Shown: in pieces, positions 20,341 to 30,966 of the stretch
Layout: each line of letters opens with the position of its first letter
How positions within the stretch are numbered: position 1 is the stretch's first letter
Origin: Thermodesulfobacteriota bacterium
GTDB taxonomy: Bacteria > Desulfobacterota_D > UBA1144 > Nemesobacterales > Nemesobacteraceae
NCBI GenBank assembly: GCA_965202785.1
Contig: OZ241855.1
Coordinates: 352,001-416,000, forward strand
DNA: 64,000 bases
Direction of reading: 5' to 3'
Notes under the pieces: model-generated
Database searches by the model: none
What the model saw: only the letters and a program-made list of their open reading frames with translations
What the model was told of the DNA's origin: nothing
Program-made: the position numbers and the translations under genes

Positions 20341-21672
20341 ATGTACAAACTTATCTTAAGCATTGTAATTCTGCTGTCCGCTTCTCCACTGGCGTTTGCC
20401 GACGAGGCAGCCGATGAGAACGAAGCTTTAAGGCAACATATCGAATATCTGGAGCAAGAGCTGAAAAAAGCCCGGGAAGAACTCGCGGAGTCGGAATCTC
20501 GGACAGTTTCCCAGAAGCCTGAGGAATCGAAAAAAAGTCCGATTAGAATCGGCGGCGCCATGCGAGCGAACCACGCCTACGGCGATTACTCCGGGCGCAG
20601 GGGCGAGAACATCGGGGATTCCGACTTTGAACTCTTACGCCTTAACGCCGATCTCGAGTACAACAACGTTATAGGCAGAGTCGAATACCGGTATTACGAC
20701 GACTACAGCATGATGCACACGGCATGGCTCGGATACGCATCGGACGGTTTCGGCACTCTCAAGGCGGGCATCGTTCGCGTTCCTTTCGGACCGGGACCTT
20801 GGGGCGTTTCGAACAGCTGGTTCTTCGATCAGCATTATTACCTCGGACTTGCAGACGACATGGATCTGGGAGTCAGGTGGACAAAACCCTTCGGCGACCT
20901 GACTGTTGACTTGGCCTACTATCTTCAGGACGAGGGACACTGGGACGGAAGCAGCCGCGACAGCGCCCGATACAGTTACGACCCCGTGAAGTGGAACAGC
21001 GGAGCCACATCAGAAGGGGATGTTACCGACTTCGGGGAAAACGGCTTTGAGGAAAAACACCAGTTCAACCTGCGCCTCATCTACGCGACCGAAAACATCG
21101 GAGATATCGGAATGTCCTTTCAGTACGGCAGGCTCGAGGGAACGAACGTCGATGACTCAGGCGCCGACCACCTAGCCGTCTCCGCCCACGCAGTGACCCC
21201 GCTTCGGGATTTCACGCTCCTCTCCCAGGTGTCCTACTACAAGTACGACATTACGGATGATACTCCCTGGGGAACCGGCGACCTTATTCCGATGGGAGCG
21301 TTTAATTTCGCCTGGCCCGTGGCGTCTGAGGCGTGGGTGCCTGCTCTTTCCCTTCGATACAACGGCCTTGAGGGTGCGGACATCCCGTGGCTTGACGGCG
21401 TCACGCCCTATGTCGAGTGGAGTTCCATCATAAAGGACGGGGGCGATCTCAACAACAGCTCGCTCTGGGTCTTCGGAGCGCTTTGGTACTGGGGCTCTCT
21501 GTATATTTACACGGACTTTGCGGTTTCCGACGGCAACTTCTTCGTCGGTGCCGAAGGAGATGACTACGGCAATATCTACGACGGAGTAAACGATTTCGGC
21601 GCGAGCGGAAACAACAGGTGGCACAAGCGCTTTAACGTCAACGTGGGCTACTATTTCACCCTTTACGAATAA
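20341..21672 (+). CDS. Outer-membrane beta-barrel porin with N-terminal coiled coil
   Basis: Signal peptide, coiled coil, aromatic-rich alternating strands, C-terminal RFNVNVGYYF; operonic with BCCT genes. Confidence 0.7.
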   Translation: MYKLILSIVILLSASPLAFADEAADENEALRQHIEYLEQELKKAREELAESESRTVSQKPEESKKSPIRIGGAMRANHAYGDYSGRRGENIGDSDFELLRLNADLEYNNVIGRVEYRYYDDYSMMHTAWLGYASDGFGTLKAGIVRVPFGPGPWGVSNSWFFDQHYYLGLADDMDLGVRWTKPFGDLTVDLAYYLQDEGHWDGSSRDSARYSYDPVKWNSGATSEGDVTDFGENGFEEKHQFNLRLIYATENIGDIGMSFQYGRLEGTNVDDSGADHLAVSAHAVTPLRDFTLLSQVSYYKYDITDDTPWGTGDLIPMGAFNFAWPVASEAWVPALSLRYNGLEGADIPWLDGVTPYVEWSSIIKDGGDLNNSSLWVFGALWYWGSLYIYTDFAVSDGNFFVGAEGDDYGNIYDGVNDFGASGNNRWHKRFNVNVGYYFTLYE

Positions 21673-21699
21673 AAGGACGCGGGAGGAGAGGGAATATAA

Positions 21700-23238
21700 A
21701 TGGAAGATAATCACGGACACCCCGCCGGGGGGGATAATCTCAAGATATTTGGTCTGGATATAAACGCCCCGGTATTTGTGACTTCGGGGATCGTCACGCT
21801 CATTTTTGTAGTCGGGGCGCTGATTTTTCAGGAGAAAGCAACGGAAGTTCTGGGGACGCTTCGCGTATGGATTACCACCCAGTTTGACTGGCTTTTCATG
21901 AGTGCCTGCAACATATGCGCGCTGTTCTGTTTCTTTCTGATTTTATCCCCGCTCGGCAAAGTGCGCCTCGGCGGTCCGGACGCGGTTCCCCAGTACTCAA
22001 GAATCACCTGGTTCTCCATGATCTTTACGGCGGGAGTCGCCATTGGCCTGCTGTTCTACGGCGTACTGGAACCGCTCTATTATTTCCAGAATCCCCCTCT
22101 GGGAATCGATCCCTCCGACACCAAGGCGGCTCAAGCTATCAGTATATCCGCGGCAACCTTCCACTGGGGACTCTCCGCGTGGGCATTTTACGCAACAGCG
22201 GGCCTCGGCCTCGCGTTTTTCTGCTACAACAGGGGACTGCCTCTCACGATCCGTTCCGCATTCCACCCCCTTCTCGGCGAACGCGTATGGGGCTGGAGCG
22301 GACACCTTATAGACACGCTTGCCATATTCGCCACATTGTTCGGCCTCGCCACATCACTCGGTCTCGGCGCGAAGCAGGCCATGGCCGGCCTTAACTATCT
22401 GTTCGGAATTCCGGCAACCGAGCTGGCCCAGGTGGTGTTTGTAGTCGCAACCACTTCCCTTGCCACTGTTTCGGTGCTGAGCGGACTGAACGTGGGCATT
22501 AAACGCCTGAGCCAGTTCAATATCGCCCTTGCCCTGCTTCTGCTGCTGTTCGTTCTCATAGCGGGACCGACGCAGTATATATTTAACAGCTTCTTCGCGG
22601 GACTTGCGGACTATTTCGCCAAAGTCATACCTCTTAGCAACTGGATAGGGAGAGAGGATACGGATTTTCTGCATGGCTGGACAACTTTTTACTGGGCCTG
22701 GTGGATTTCATGGACGCCGTTTGTCGGAATGTTCATCGCCCGTATCTCAAGGGGGCGGACCGTCCGTGAATTTATTGTCTGCGTCCTTTTCCTGCCGGCG
22801 CTGTGCTCTCTGCTGTGGATGAGTGTTTTCGGCGGCACGGCCGTCCACCAGCTGCTGTTTGACGGCTACACGGGCGTGTCCCAGATAATCACGGAGTGGA
22901 AACCGGAACTTGCGCTGTTCAAAATGCTTGAAATGCTGCCGATGGCCCAACTGGTTTCATTTGCGAGCGTCGTTCTTCTTATAATCTTCTTCGTTACGTC
23001 ATCGGATTCCGGTTCGCTTGTCATCGACATCACGTCAGCCGGCGGAAAGCTTGAACCTCCCGCGGCCCAGCGCGTGTTCTGGTGCAGCCTTGAGGGCGCA
23101 GTCGCCATCGCCCTGCTTCTCGGCGGAGGGCTGAAATCATTGCAGGCGGCTTCAATCACGGCCGGACTTCCGTTTTCGATCCTGCTCATCCTGATGACGG
23201 TTAGTATATGGAAGGGACTCAGAGACGAGACCCGCTAA
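21700..23238 (+). CDS. BCCT transporter (glycine betaine/choline type)
   Basis: WTTFYWAWWISWTPFVGMFIARISRGRTVREF; FFVTSSDSGS. Confidence 0.93.
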   Translation: MEDNHGHPAGGDNLKIFGLDINAPVFVTSGIVTLIFVVGALIFQEKATEVLGTLRVWITTQFDWLFMSACNICALFCFFLILSPLGKVRLGGPDAVPQYSRITWFSMIFTAGVAIGLLFYGVLEPLYYFQNPPLGIDPSDTKAAQAISISAATFHWGLSAWAFYATAGLGLAFFCYNRGLPLTIRSAFHPLLGERVWGWSGHLIDTLAIFATLFGLATSLGLGAKQAMAGLNYLFGIPATELAQVVFVVATTSLATVSVLSGLNVGIKRLSQFNIALALLLLLFVLIAGPTQYIFNSFFAGLADYFAKVIPLSNWIGREDTDFLHGWTTFYWAWWISWTPFVGMFIARISRGRTVREFIVCVLFLPALCSLLWMSVFGGTAVHQLLFDGYTGVSQIITEWKPELALFKMLEMLPMAQLVSFASVVLLIIFFVTSSDSGSLVIDITSAGGKLEPPAAQRVFWCSLEGAVAIALLLGGGLKSLQAASITAGLPFSILLILMTVSIWKGLRDETR

Positions 23239-23291
23239 CAGAAACAAGGTTTTCAGCGCAAATGCGGTAGTTCAGCGTCGGTTTCCATGAG

Positions 23292-24908
23292 ATGAAACGA
23301 GAGAAAAAACCGTCACGTGCATCAAGCATTTACAAGGGACGTTCCTACTGGCGCGGACGGGACAATATCAGGATATTCGGGCTTGACCTCCACGTGAGGT
23401 CATTCCTTGTTTCCGCGCTTGTCATCGTCATCTTCATTGCCGCCGGGACGATCTTTCAGGAAAAAACGGCCGAGATCTTCGCAGACGCACGCCACTGGGT
23501 CGTCACGCGATTCCACTGGTTGTTCATGAGCGTAGCCAACGTCATACTGGTTTTCTGCCTGCTGCTGATCTTCTCCCCGCTTGCCAAGGTACGTCTGGGC
23601 GGCCGGGACGCGAAACCGGACTACTCGTACCCAAGCTGGTTCGCCATGATCTTTTCGACGTCGGTAAGCGCAGGATTCCTGTTTTTCGGGGTGGTTGAAC
23701 CGGTACATCATTTTCAGAATCCCCCGCTCGGCATCGACCCTTCCGACACCAAAACCGCTTTTGCCGTGGGCATGGCTGGGGCTATTTTTCACTGGGGACT
23801 CCACGGATGGGCGATATTCGCCGTCGTGGGCCTGTCAATGGCTCTTTTCTCCTACAACATGGGCATGCCGTTTTCCCTGCGTTCGGTGTTCTATCCCGTT
23901 TTAGGCAACCGCGTGTGGGGCTGGAGCGGGCACCTGATCGAAGCGCTGGCGGTATTCTCCACACTGTTCGGCATTGCAGTCTCGATCGGCCTCGGAACCG
24001 AGCTGATAACCGGCGGAATTGATTACCTGTTCTCGATTCCCCCGACCGATCTCCTCAAGGTGGTGCTGATCGCCTTGGTGGTGCTGACGGCGATGACGGC
24101 CCTGCTGACCGGGATAAATACCGGAATCGGCCTCCTGAGCCGAATCAACATAATCCTCGCGGTATCACTTATGCTGTTCATCATTGCGGCCGGACCGACG
24201 CTTGACATCCTCCGCCACTGCCTGGACTCAACCACCACTTATATCATGAGCATAACGTCCCTCAGCATCTGGACAGGACGCGAGGACGTGGATTTTCTGC
24301 ACGAATGGACCATCTTTTACTGGGCCTGGTGGTTCTGCTACGCGCCGTTTGTCGGAATGTTCATCGCCCGCATTTCCAAAGGCAGAACCGTACGCGAGTT
24401 TCTGTTTTTCGTGCTCATACTGCCGACCATTTTCTGCGTGCTCTGGATGAACGCCTTCGGAGGCACGGCTGTTCACCAGTTTCTGATCGACGGTTACACC
24501 GGGGTGACAGAAACGGTCGCTACGGGGCTTCATGGACTCGCTTTGTTCAAACTGCTGGAGACGTTTCCGCTGACACAGGTGTTCAGTCTTGTGAGCATCG
24601 TCATGTTATTTTCTTTTCTCGTCGTCTCGCTTGATTCCGGGTCTCTGGCCGTTGATTCCATAACAGCCGGGGGGAAGCTCAACACGCCCGTGCGGCAACG
24701 CGAGTTCTGGTGCTTTATAGGAGGACTGATCCCCGCCGTGCTGATGCTCGCAGGCGGATTGGGGTCATTTCAGGCCGCAGTTATCGTTGCAAGCCTTCCG
24801 CTTGCCGTTTTGTTCGTCGTGATGCTTTTCGGTATCTGGACGGGACTTCGCCGCGAGTTGCGCCACCCACATCATCCGAGACAGCCATCCCGCAAAGACA
24901 CCGGTTGA
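23292..24908 (+). CDS. BCCT transporter, divergent paralog
   Basis: WTIFYWAWWFCYAPFVGMFIARISKGRTVREF; shares FQNPPLGIDPSDTK with the upstream copy. Confidence 0.9.
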   Translation: MKREKKPSRASSIYKGRSYWRGRDNIRIFGLDLHVRSFLVSALVIVIFIAAGTIFQEKTAEIFADARHWVVTRFHWLFMSVANVILVFCLLLIFSPLAKVRLGGRDAKPDYSYPSWFAMIFSTSVSAGFLFFGVVEPVHHFQNPPLGIDPSDTKTAFAVGMAGAIFHWGLHGWAIFAVVGLSMALFSYNMGMPFSLRSVFYPVLGNRVWGWSGHLIEALAVFSTLFGIAVSIGLGTELITGGIDYLFSIPPTDLLKVVLIALVVLTAMTALLTGINTGIGLLSRINIILAVSLMLFIIAAGPTLDILRHCLDSTTTYIMSITSLSIWTGREDVDFLHEWTIFYWAWWFCYAPFVGMFIARISKGRTVREFLFFVLILPTIFCVLWMNAFGGTAVHQFLIDGYTGVTETVATGLHGLALFKLLETFPLTQVFSLVSIVMLFSFLVVSLDSGSLAVDSITAGGKLNTPVRQREFWCFIGGLIPAVLMLAGGLGSFQAAVIVASLPLAVLFVVMLFGIWTGLRRELRHPHHPRQPSRKDTG

Positions 24909-25082
24909 GGAAACCCCAGCAACCGCAAACGACGGACTGCCGACACGGGCACAAGATGTTTTGAATATCACCTTGGAATCAGAACTGGTATTGAAGCTGA
25001 ACATTAGGGATTCTCTTGGGAAGATTGTGCTTAGGGTTTCCCGATAGAGATATCAATACGAACTGAATGCATCTTGCAAAAC

Positions 25083-25111
25083 TTGTTTTTTAGCATCAAC
25101 TGATGTATAAT
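25083..25111 (+). promoter_or_regulatory. vapBC promoter with internal palindromic operator
   Basis: TTGTTT-17-TATAAT; spacer contains CATCA-AC-TGATG. Confidence 0.65.
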
Positions 25112-25160
25112 TCGATGCAAACAAGGTTACAATTCAGCAATTAAACATGGAGCACTAAAG

Positions 25161-25364
25161 ATGAGAACAACATTGAATATAGACGATGAATTGCTGGCCC
25201 GAGCACAAGACATCACAAATATTACCTCAAAACCGAAGCTGATCAGGGAAGCTTTAAAAGCTTTGGTTGAGAGGGAGAGTGCGCGGCAACTTGCCAAGCT
25301 GGGTGGCAGTCAGCCTGGGCTTCGATCCATTCCGCGTCGCCGTTTTAACAATGATTCTAATTGA
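25161..25364 (+). CDS. vapB: Type II antitoxin VapB (RHH type)
   Basis: MRTTLNIDDELL..., overlaps the PIN toxin gene. Confidence 0.88.
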   Translation: MRTTLNIDDELLARAQDITNITSKPKLIREALKALVERESARQLAKLGGSQPGLRSIPRRRFNNDSN

Positions 25365-25710
25365 TACTTCGGTATGGATTGAACATTTGAGCAAGGGCGG
25401 CAGAATTATTGAGGACCTGCTCAAAACCAGCAAGGCACTTATTCACCCTTTCGTTATCGGTGAGATTGCCTGCGGCAATCTTGCTGACCGTGCTGAAATT
25501 CTTTCATTGCTTAATGATTTGCCCACTCTGCCCGTTGCTGCAGAATCCTCAGTGTTATATTTCATTGAGCAGAATCAGTTGATGGGCCTCGGCATTGGTT
25601 ATATTGACGCTCACCTGCTGACCGCTACGGCTTTGGAACCGCCGACGCGATTATTGACTCTGGACAAACGCCTCAAAGCAGCCGCGGAAGCCTTGAATTT
25701 GTCGTATTAG
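25351..25710 (+). CDS. vapC: VapC PIN-domain toxin
   Basis: MILIDTSVW, HPFVIGEIACG, GYIDAHLL, TLDKRL. Confidence 0.9.
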   Translation: MILIDTSVWIEHLSKGGRIIEDLLKTSKALIHPFVIGEIACGNLADRAEILSLLNDLPTLPVAAESSVLYFIEQNQLMGLGIGYIDAHLLTATALEPPTRLLTLDKRLKAAAEALNLSY

Positions 25711-25841
25711 GCAAATCCGCCTCTAACCAAGACCATTCCATGCTCTATGGGGTCATTTCATACAAAGAATAATTGAAATACTGTTTGGTTATGTTTTATT
25801 AATCGCAATACCGACTCTCCTTCAAGGAATTACGAAAGCAT

Positions 25842-27395
25842 ATGGGAAAAAAGCCGTTCTACGTAACAACACCTATTTACTACGTAAACGACGTGCCGCA
25901 CATCGGTCACGCCTACACGACCATAGCCGCGGATACCGTAGCCAGATACAAGGCTGCAACGGGACATGATGTCTACTTTCTCACGGGGACTGACGAACAC
26001 GGGAGAAAAATAGAACAGGCTGCCCAGGCGGGTGGGGAAACTCCCATAGAACTTGCCGACAGGGTGGTAGTGAAGTTTCAGGACCTGTGGAAAGTTCTGG
26101 GTATCTCGAACACCGACTTCATAAGAACCACGGAACCGCGCCACTACGATGCGGTTGCCGAGATCTGGAAGTTAGTAGAAAGAAACGGGGATGTATACCT
26201 TGACGAGTACGAGGGGTGGTACGACGTAAGAAACGAGGCTTTCATAACCGAAACCCAGCTTGAAGAGATAATGAAGCTTCCTGAAGCAAGCCGCCCTCAC
26301 CTGGAAAAAATAAAAGAGGAAAGCTACTTTTTCAGGCTCTCTCGTTACCAGGAGCCTCTTCTGCGTCACTACAGCGAGCACCCCGAGTTCATAAAGCCCG
26401 ATTACAGAAGAAATGAGGTCGTAAGTTTCGTCGAGGGCGGGCTCAGGGACCTAAGCGTAAGCAGGACGAACTTCTCATGGGGAATTCCTGTTCCCGACGC
26501 CGAGGGACACGTGATCTACGTATGGTTCGACGCTCTCACGAATTACATGACATCTCTTGGTTTTCCTGAAAAAACGGAGAGCTTTGAGAAATTCTGGCCG
26601 GCGGACATACATCTTGTGGGAAAAGACATCCTCAGGTTCCACGCGGTCTACTGGCCCGCGTTTTTGATGTCGGCGGGACTCCCGCTTCCGAAGACAGTCT
26701 TCGCCCATGGGTGGTGGACGGTAGAAGGGGAGAAGATGTCGAAGTCTCTGGGAAATGTGATTGATCCCTACCAGGTTGTGGAGGAGTTCGGTTCCGAGAT
26801 CTTCCGCTATTTTCTGCTTCGTGAAATACCTTTCGGGCAGGACGGGGACTACTCCAGAAAATCGCTTGTAAGCCGCGTGAACGGAGAACTCGTGAACGGA
26901 CTCGGAAATCTTGTGAGCCGTTCGCTCGGGATGATAGAGAGATACCTCGGGGGTGTTGTTCCGGAGCCCGCTGAGTTATCGGAAAGTGAGAAGGAAATAG
27001 AGAATTTCTACCGAGAGACGGCAGAACAAGTCCACTCTGATCTTGAGGAGCTCGCCTTTAACAGGGCGCTTTCCCGCATATGGGAGTTCATAGCGCTTGT
27101 AAACCGCTACGTTGATAACACGACGCCCTGGAAACTTGCTAAGCAGGAAGAACAAGGCAAACGGCTCGAAACAGTGCTTTGGACGCTTGCTGAGAGCATC
27201 AGGGTGATTTCCCTCCTTGCCTACCCGTTCCTGCCGGAAACCGCCCGCGATATCCGAGAGAAAATTGGTCTTTCTCCCGAACTCGGCGCCGAGGATGCGG
27301 ACTGGGGAGGTACGAAACCCGGAACGGCAATAAAGAAGGGAGAAAATCTTTTCACGAGGGTAAAAGAAAAAGACGTAGAGGTCAAATCGCGATGA
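25842..27395 (+). CDS. metG: Methionyl-tRNA synthetase (short form)
   Basis: TTPIYYVN..HIGH, GTDEHG, KMSKS; no Zn-knuckle Cys and no C-terminal tRNA-binding domain. Confidence 0.96.
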   Translation: MGKKPFYVTTPIYYVNDVPHIGHAYTTIAADTVARYKAATGHDVYFLTGTDEHGRKIEQAAQAGGETPIELADRVVVKFQDLWKVLGISNTDFIRTTEPRHYDAVAEIWKLVERNGDVYLDEYEGWYDVRNEAFITETQLEEIMKLPEASRPHLEKIKEESYFFRLSRYQEPLLRHYSEHPEFIKPDYRRNEVVSFVEGGLRDLSVSRTNFSWGIPVPDAEGHVIYVWFDALTNYMTSLGFPEKTESFEKFWPADIHLVGKDILRFHAVYWPAFLMSAGLPLPKTVFAHGWWTVEGEKMSKSLGNVIDPYQVVEEFGSEIFRYFLLREIPFGQDGDYSRKSLVSRVNGELVNGLGNLVSRSLGMIERYLGGVVPEPAELSESEKEIENFYRETAEQVHSDLEELAFNRALSRIWEFIALVNRYVDNTTPWKLAKQEEQGKRLETVLWTLAESIRVISLLAYPFLPETARDIREKIGLSPELGAEDADWGGTKPGTAIKKGENLFTRVKEKDVEVKSR

Positions 27396-27595
27396 CCAAG
27401 GCAGGCTGAAGTGCCGTCCGCCGAGTCGTAACATATAAATCCGTACACGTAAAAAGTTTGTGGCGTTTCTCTCATATTCTCAATTGCAAAACGCCGGAAA
27501 ATGTGATTGTATTTAAAATTAGAATAAGGAGAGTTTTTCAAATATTTGATTCCGTCCTTAAATTCAAAACACCCTACTCTAAGGAGGTACTTGGT

Positions 27596-28615
27596 ATGAG
27601 AGTGATAAATTTTTTAGTGATTATGGCCGTACTGTTTTCATTCACAGTCATGGCTGATGCTGGCACCCTTGAAGATGTAAAAACGCGGGGCAAGCTTAAT
27701 TGTATTGTTTCATCGGGCTTGGCCGGATTCGCATCTCCGGACGAAAAAGGCAACTGGCAGGGTTTTGATGTCGATTTCTGCCGCGCCGTAGCCGCTGCCG
27801 TGCTGGGAAGCGGGGACAAAGTGAAATTTGTACCGACTACGAATAAAACGCGGTTTACCCAGCTAAATGCTGGTGAAGGCGACATACTGTTCCGCAACAC
27901 CACCGAAACGCTGAGTCGTGACGCTGACCTGAAACTGACCTTCCTGCCCATTAACTACTATGATGGTCAGGGCTTTTTAACACGCAAAAGTCTTGGGGTA
28001 ACGTCAGCAAAACAGCTGGCCGGAGCTTCGGTGTGCATCCAGACCGGCACCACCACGGAACTTAACCTGGCGGATTACTTCAGAGCCAACAAAATGAAGT
28101 ACGAGCCTGTCAATACCGAAACCAATGAAGAAAGCATCGTCGCATACGAAAGCAAAAGATGCGACGTGTACACAACCGACGCGTCGGCTTTAGCCTCTAC
28201 GCGAGCGGCGCTGAAAAATCCTTCAGAGCATGTGATTCTTCCCGAAATCATTTCAAAGGAACCCCTGGGCGGCGCAGTGCGCCACGGCGATGACCGTTGG
28301 GCTGATATCGGAAAGTGGGTGGTTAACGCGCTGATTATCGCAGAAGAGATGGGCATCACCCAGAAAAACGTCAAGGAACTCGCTAAGAAGTCTGGAAATA
28401 ATCCGGGTATGAACCGTTTTCTAGGCACCGAAGGCAGCATGGGCGAAATGCTCGGTCTTGACAAGAAGTGGGCCGTTAACGCAATTTTAGCCGTAGGCAA
28501 CTACGGGGAGATATTCGAAAGGCATCTGGGGCCCAAGACTCCTCTAGCGCTTGAAAGGGGGCTTAACGCTTCCTGGAAAGCAGGGGGAATTTTGTACGCA
28601 GCGCCCATTCGCTGA
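27596..28615 (+). CDS. aapJ: General L-amino acid ABC transporter binding protein (AapJ/BztA), copy 1
   Basis: GFDVDFCRAVAAA, YYDGQGF, GTTTELN, ISKEPLG, GNYGEIFER; AAGGAGG SD. Confidence 0.92.
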   Translation: MRVINFLVIMAVLFSFTVMADAGTLEDVKTRGKLNCIVSSGLAGFASPDEKGNWQGFDVDFCRAVAAAVLGSGDKVKFVPTTNKTRFTQLNAGEGDILFRNTTETLSRDADLKLTFLPINYYDGQGFLTRKSLGVTSAKQLAGASVCIQTGTTTELNLADYFRANKMKYEPVNTETNEESIVAYESKRCDVYTTDASALASTRAALKNPSEHVILPEIISKEPLGGAVRHGDDRWADIGKWVVNALIIAEEMGITQKNVKELAKKSGNNPGMNRFLGTEGSMGEMLGLDKKWAVNAILAVGNYGEIFERHLGPKTPLALERGLNASWKAGGILYAAPIR

Positions 28616-28666
28616 TCGTGAGTAAACGTCAATAATGATTCAAGCCGCAGCCGCAGCACGAATGTG

Positions 28667-29839
28667 ATGGATCCAAAAGCTTCACTGTCTCGATTGTGGA
28701 GGGATGAGCATTCCCGATCCGTTATTATTCAGGTCCTCGCAGTCGTGCTGATCTTCGGCTTGTTCGCCTACCTAGTAAGAAATGCCATTGTCAATCTTGA
28801 AGCAATAGGCAAAGGGTTTAGTTTCGGCTATCTGCAGGAGCCCGCAAGCTACGATATAAATCAGCATCTAATAGAATACACGTCCCGTTCCACTCACTTC
28901 CGCGCAATGCTGGTTGGAATTCTAAATACCCTTCTGGTGGCGGTAAGCGGCATAGTTCTGGCAACGGTTCTTGGATTCTCGCTGGGCGTTCTGCGGCTGT
29001 CGAAAAACCTGCTGGCAAGCAAGCTTGCCCACATCTATATTGATTACGTAAGGAATGTACCCGTACTGCTCCACATACTCCTTGTATACGGGATCATAGT
29101 TAATACGCTTCCCGTGCCCAGAGAGGCGCAAAGTCTCGGCGATATCGCGTTTCTGACTAATCGCGGCTTTTTTCTTCCCAAACCGATTTTTGAACCTCTG
29201 TTTCTGGTGATTCTGGGCCTGTTCGCCGCGGGAATTGTTTTCACAATATGGTTCCGCAGATATGCGGCGGATATACAGAGAAAAACGGGAGAGCACTACC
29301 CGGTGTTCTGGATATCGCTGGGGGCCGTGCTGGGAATTCCGTTTATCTCCTATTTTCTGATAGGTGGTCCGATCACGTTTGAGATACCCGCGCTGACGGG
29401 ATTTAACTTTAGCGGAGGCATGGTGGTCAGGCCTGAATTCACCGCACTCTGGATTGCGCTTTCCCTGTATACGGCCGCGTTTATCGCCGAGATAGTAAGG
29501 GCCGGCATCATCTCCGTCAATTACGGGCAGACCGAAGCGTCCCTGGCCCTCGGGATAAACCACGGCAGAACGCTTAATCTGGTCGTGATTCCCCAGGCGC
29601 TGAGGGTGATAGTACCGCCGCTTACCTCGCAATATCTTAACCTTGCCAAGAATTCATCTCTGGCCATCGCGATCGGCTACATGGATATAGTCGCCACCAT
29701 CGGCGGCATTACGCTTAACCAGACGGGCAGGGAAATGGAATGCATGATTATCGTGCTGTTGCTGTATCTCTTATTATCCCTGCTGATATCTTTCGCGATG
29801 AACATCTACAACAAACGAATCAGGCTGGTTGAACGTTAG
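28667..29839 (+). CDS. aapQ: Amino acid ABC permease AapQ
   Basis: YTAAFIAEIVRAGI, QTEASLALG, YLNLAKNSSLA. Confidence 0.92.
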   Translation: MDPKASLSRLWRDEHSRSVIIQVLAVVLIFGLFAYLVRNAIVNLEAIGKGFSFGYLQEPASYDINQHLIEYTSRSTHFRAMLVGILNTLLVAVSGIVLATVLGFSLGVLRLSKNLLASKLAHIYIDYVRNVPVLLHILLVYGIIVNTLPVPREAQSLGDIAFLTNRGFFLPKPIFEPLFLVILGLFAAGIVFTIWFRRYAADIQRKTGEHYPVFWISLGAVLGIPFISYFLIGGPITFEIPALTGFNFSGGMVVRPEFTALWIALSLYTAAFIAEIVRAGIISVNYGQTEASLALGINHGRTLNLVVIPQALRVIVPPLTSQYLNLAKNSSLAIAIGYMDIVATIGGITLNQTGREMECMIIVLLLYLLLSLLISFAMNIYNKRIRLVER

Positions 29840-29851
29840 GAGGAAATAGTT

Positions 29852-30961
29852 ATAAACCAAAAAAACTACAGAGTTGGAGAACACCCCGATCTTCCGCCGC
29901 CTCGTAACGTAATAGGGATCTACGCCTGGACAAGAAAAAATTTCTTCTCAAGTGCCACAAACATAGTCTTAACGCTTCTGGCGTTCTGGTTCCTGATTGA
30001 AACCGTTCCCGCGCTTGTGGACTGGCTGTTTCTCGACGCAGCATTTACCGGGGGAAGCAGAGATGAATGCAGCGCCAAGGCTGGCGGTGCGTGCTGGGCA
30101 GTGATAGGTGAACGTCTTAACCTGTTCACCTACGGTTTTTACCCGGCCGCTGAGCGCTGGCGGGTGAATCTTTCACTTGTCCTGCTGATTTTCACTCTCT
30201 TTCCGATACTCTTTGAAAAAGCGCCTTATCGCAAATACGCTCTTCATATCGCGGTAGCCTTCCCATTCGTCACCGCATGGCTTCTGGTCGGAGGACTGGG
30301 TCTTACACCTGTCGAAACCGACCAGTTCGGCGGTTTCATGCTTACCCTGGTCATCGGGATAACCGGCATCGGGTTTTCATTGCCGATCGGGATTCTGCTG
30401 GCTCTGGGTCGTCAGTCGAAGCTCCCCGCCATCCAGATATTTTCAATAGGCTTCATTGAGTTTATCCGCGGAGTACCGTTGATTACTCTTCTGTTCGTAG
30501 CTTCGACGATGCTTAATTATTTCCTCCCTCCGGGAGTGACTTTCGATCTTCTGCTGCGCGTACTGATTATGGTTACCCTTTTCGCGTCGGCATACATGGC
30601 GGAAGTTATCCGTGGAGGTCTGCAGGCAATACCGAAAGGACAGTTCGAAGCCGCGGATTCAATGGGGCTTCACTACTGGTCCGCCATGAGGCTGATCGTA
30701 TTGCCCCAGGCGATTAAGATTTCCATACCCGGCATAGTGAACACTTTTATCGGACTATACAAGGATACGACACTGGTAATTATTATCGGACTTCTGGATC
30801 CGCTTGGAATAGGCAGGGCGTCTCTCGCAGATACAAGGTGGACGGGGCTCTCCACCGAGGTTTATCTGTTCGTGGCAATATTCTTTTTTATCTCTTGTTT
30901 TGGGATGGCAAGATATTCACAGCACCTTGAAAAAAAACTGGAAACCGATCATAAAAGATAA
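29852..30961 (+). CDS. aapM: Amino acid ABC permease AapM (probable ATA start)
   Basis: Frame open from ATA 29852, 8 nt after AGGAGG; encodes the AapM-like N-terminus [15 protein letters not shown]; core [17 protein letters not shown]. Confidence 0.88.
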   Translation: MNQKNYRVGEHPDLPPPRNVIGIYAWTRKNFFSSATNIVLTLLAFWFLIETVPALVDWLFLDAAFTGGSRDECSAKAGGACWAVIGERLNLFTYGFYPAAERWRVNLSLVLLIFTLFPILFEKAPYRKYALHIAVAFPFVTAWLLVGGLGLTPVETDQFGGFMLTLVIGITGIGFSLPIGILLALGRQSKLPAIQIFSIGFIEFIRGVPLITLLFVASTMLNYFLPPGVTFDLLLRVLIMVTLFASAYMAEVIRGGLQAIPKGQFEAADSMGLHYWSAMRLIVLPQAIKISIPGIVNTFIGLYKDTTLVIIIGLLDPLGIGRASLADTRWTGLSTEVYLFVAIFFFISCFGMARYSQHLEKKLETDHKR

Positions 30962-30966
30962 GGAGC

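Noticed and set aside
25711-25760. CTCTAAC after vapC (also at 33097) as an integron attC site
   Set aside because: No matching GTTRRRY arm or long imperfect palindrome, and no integrase.
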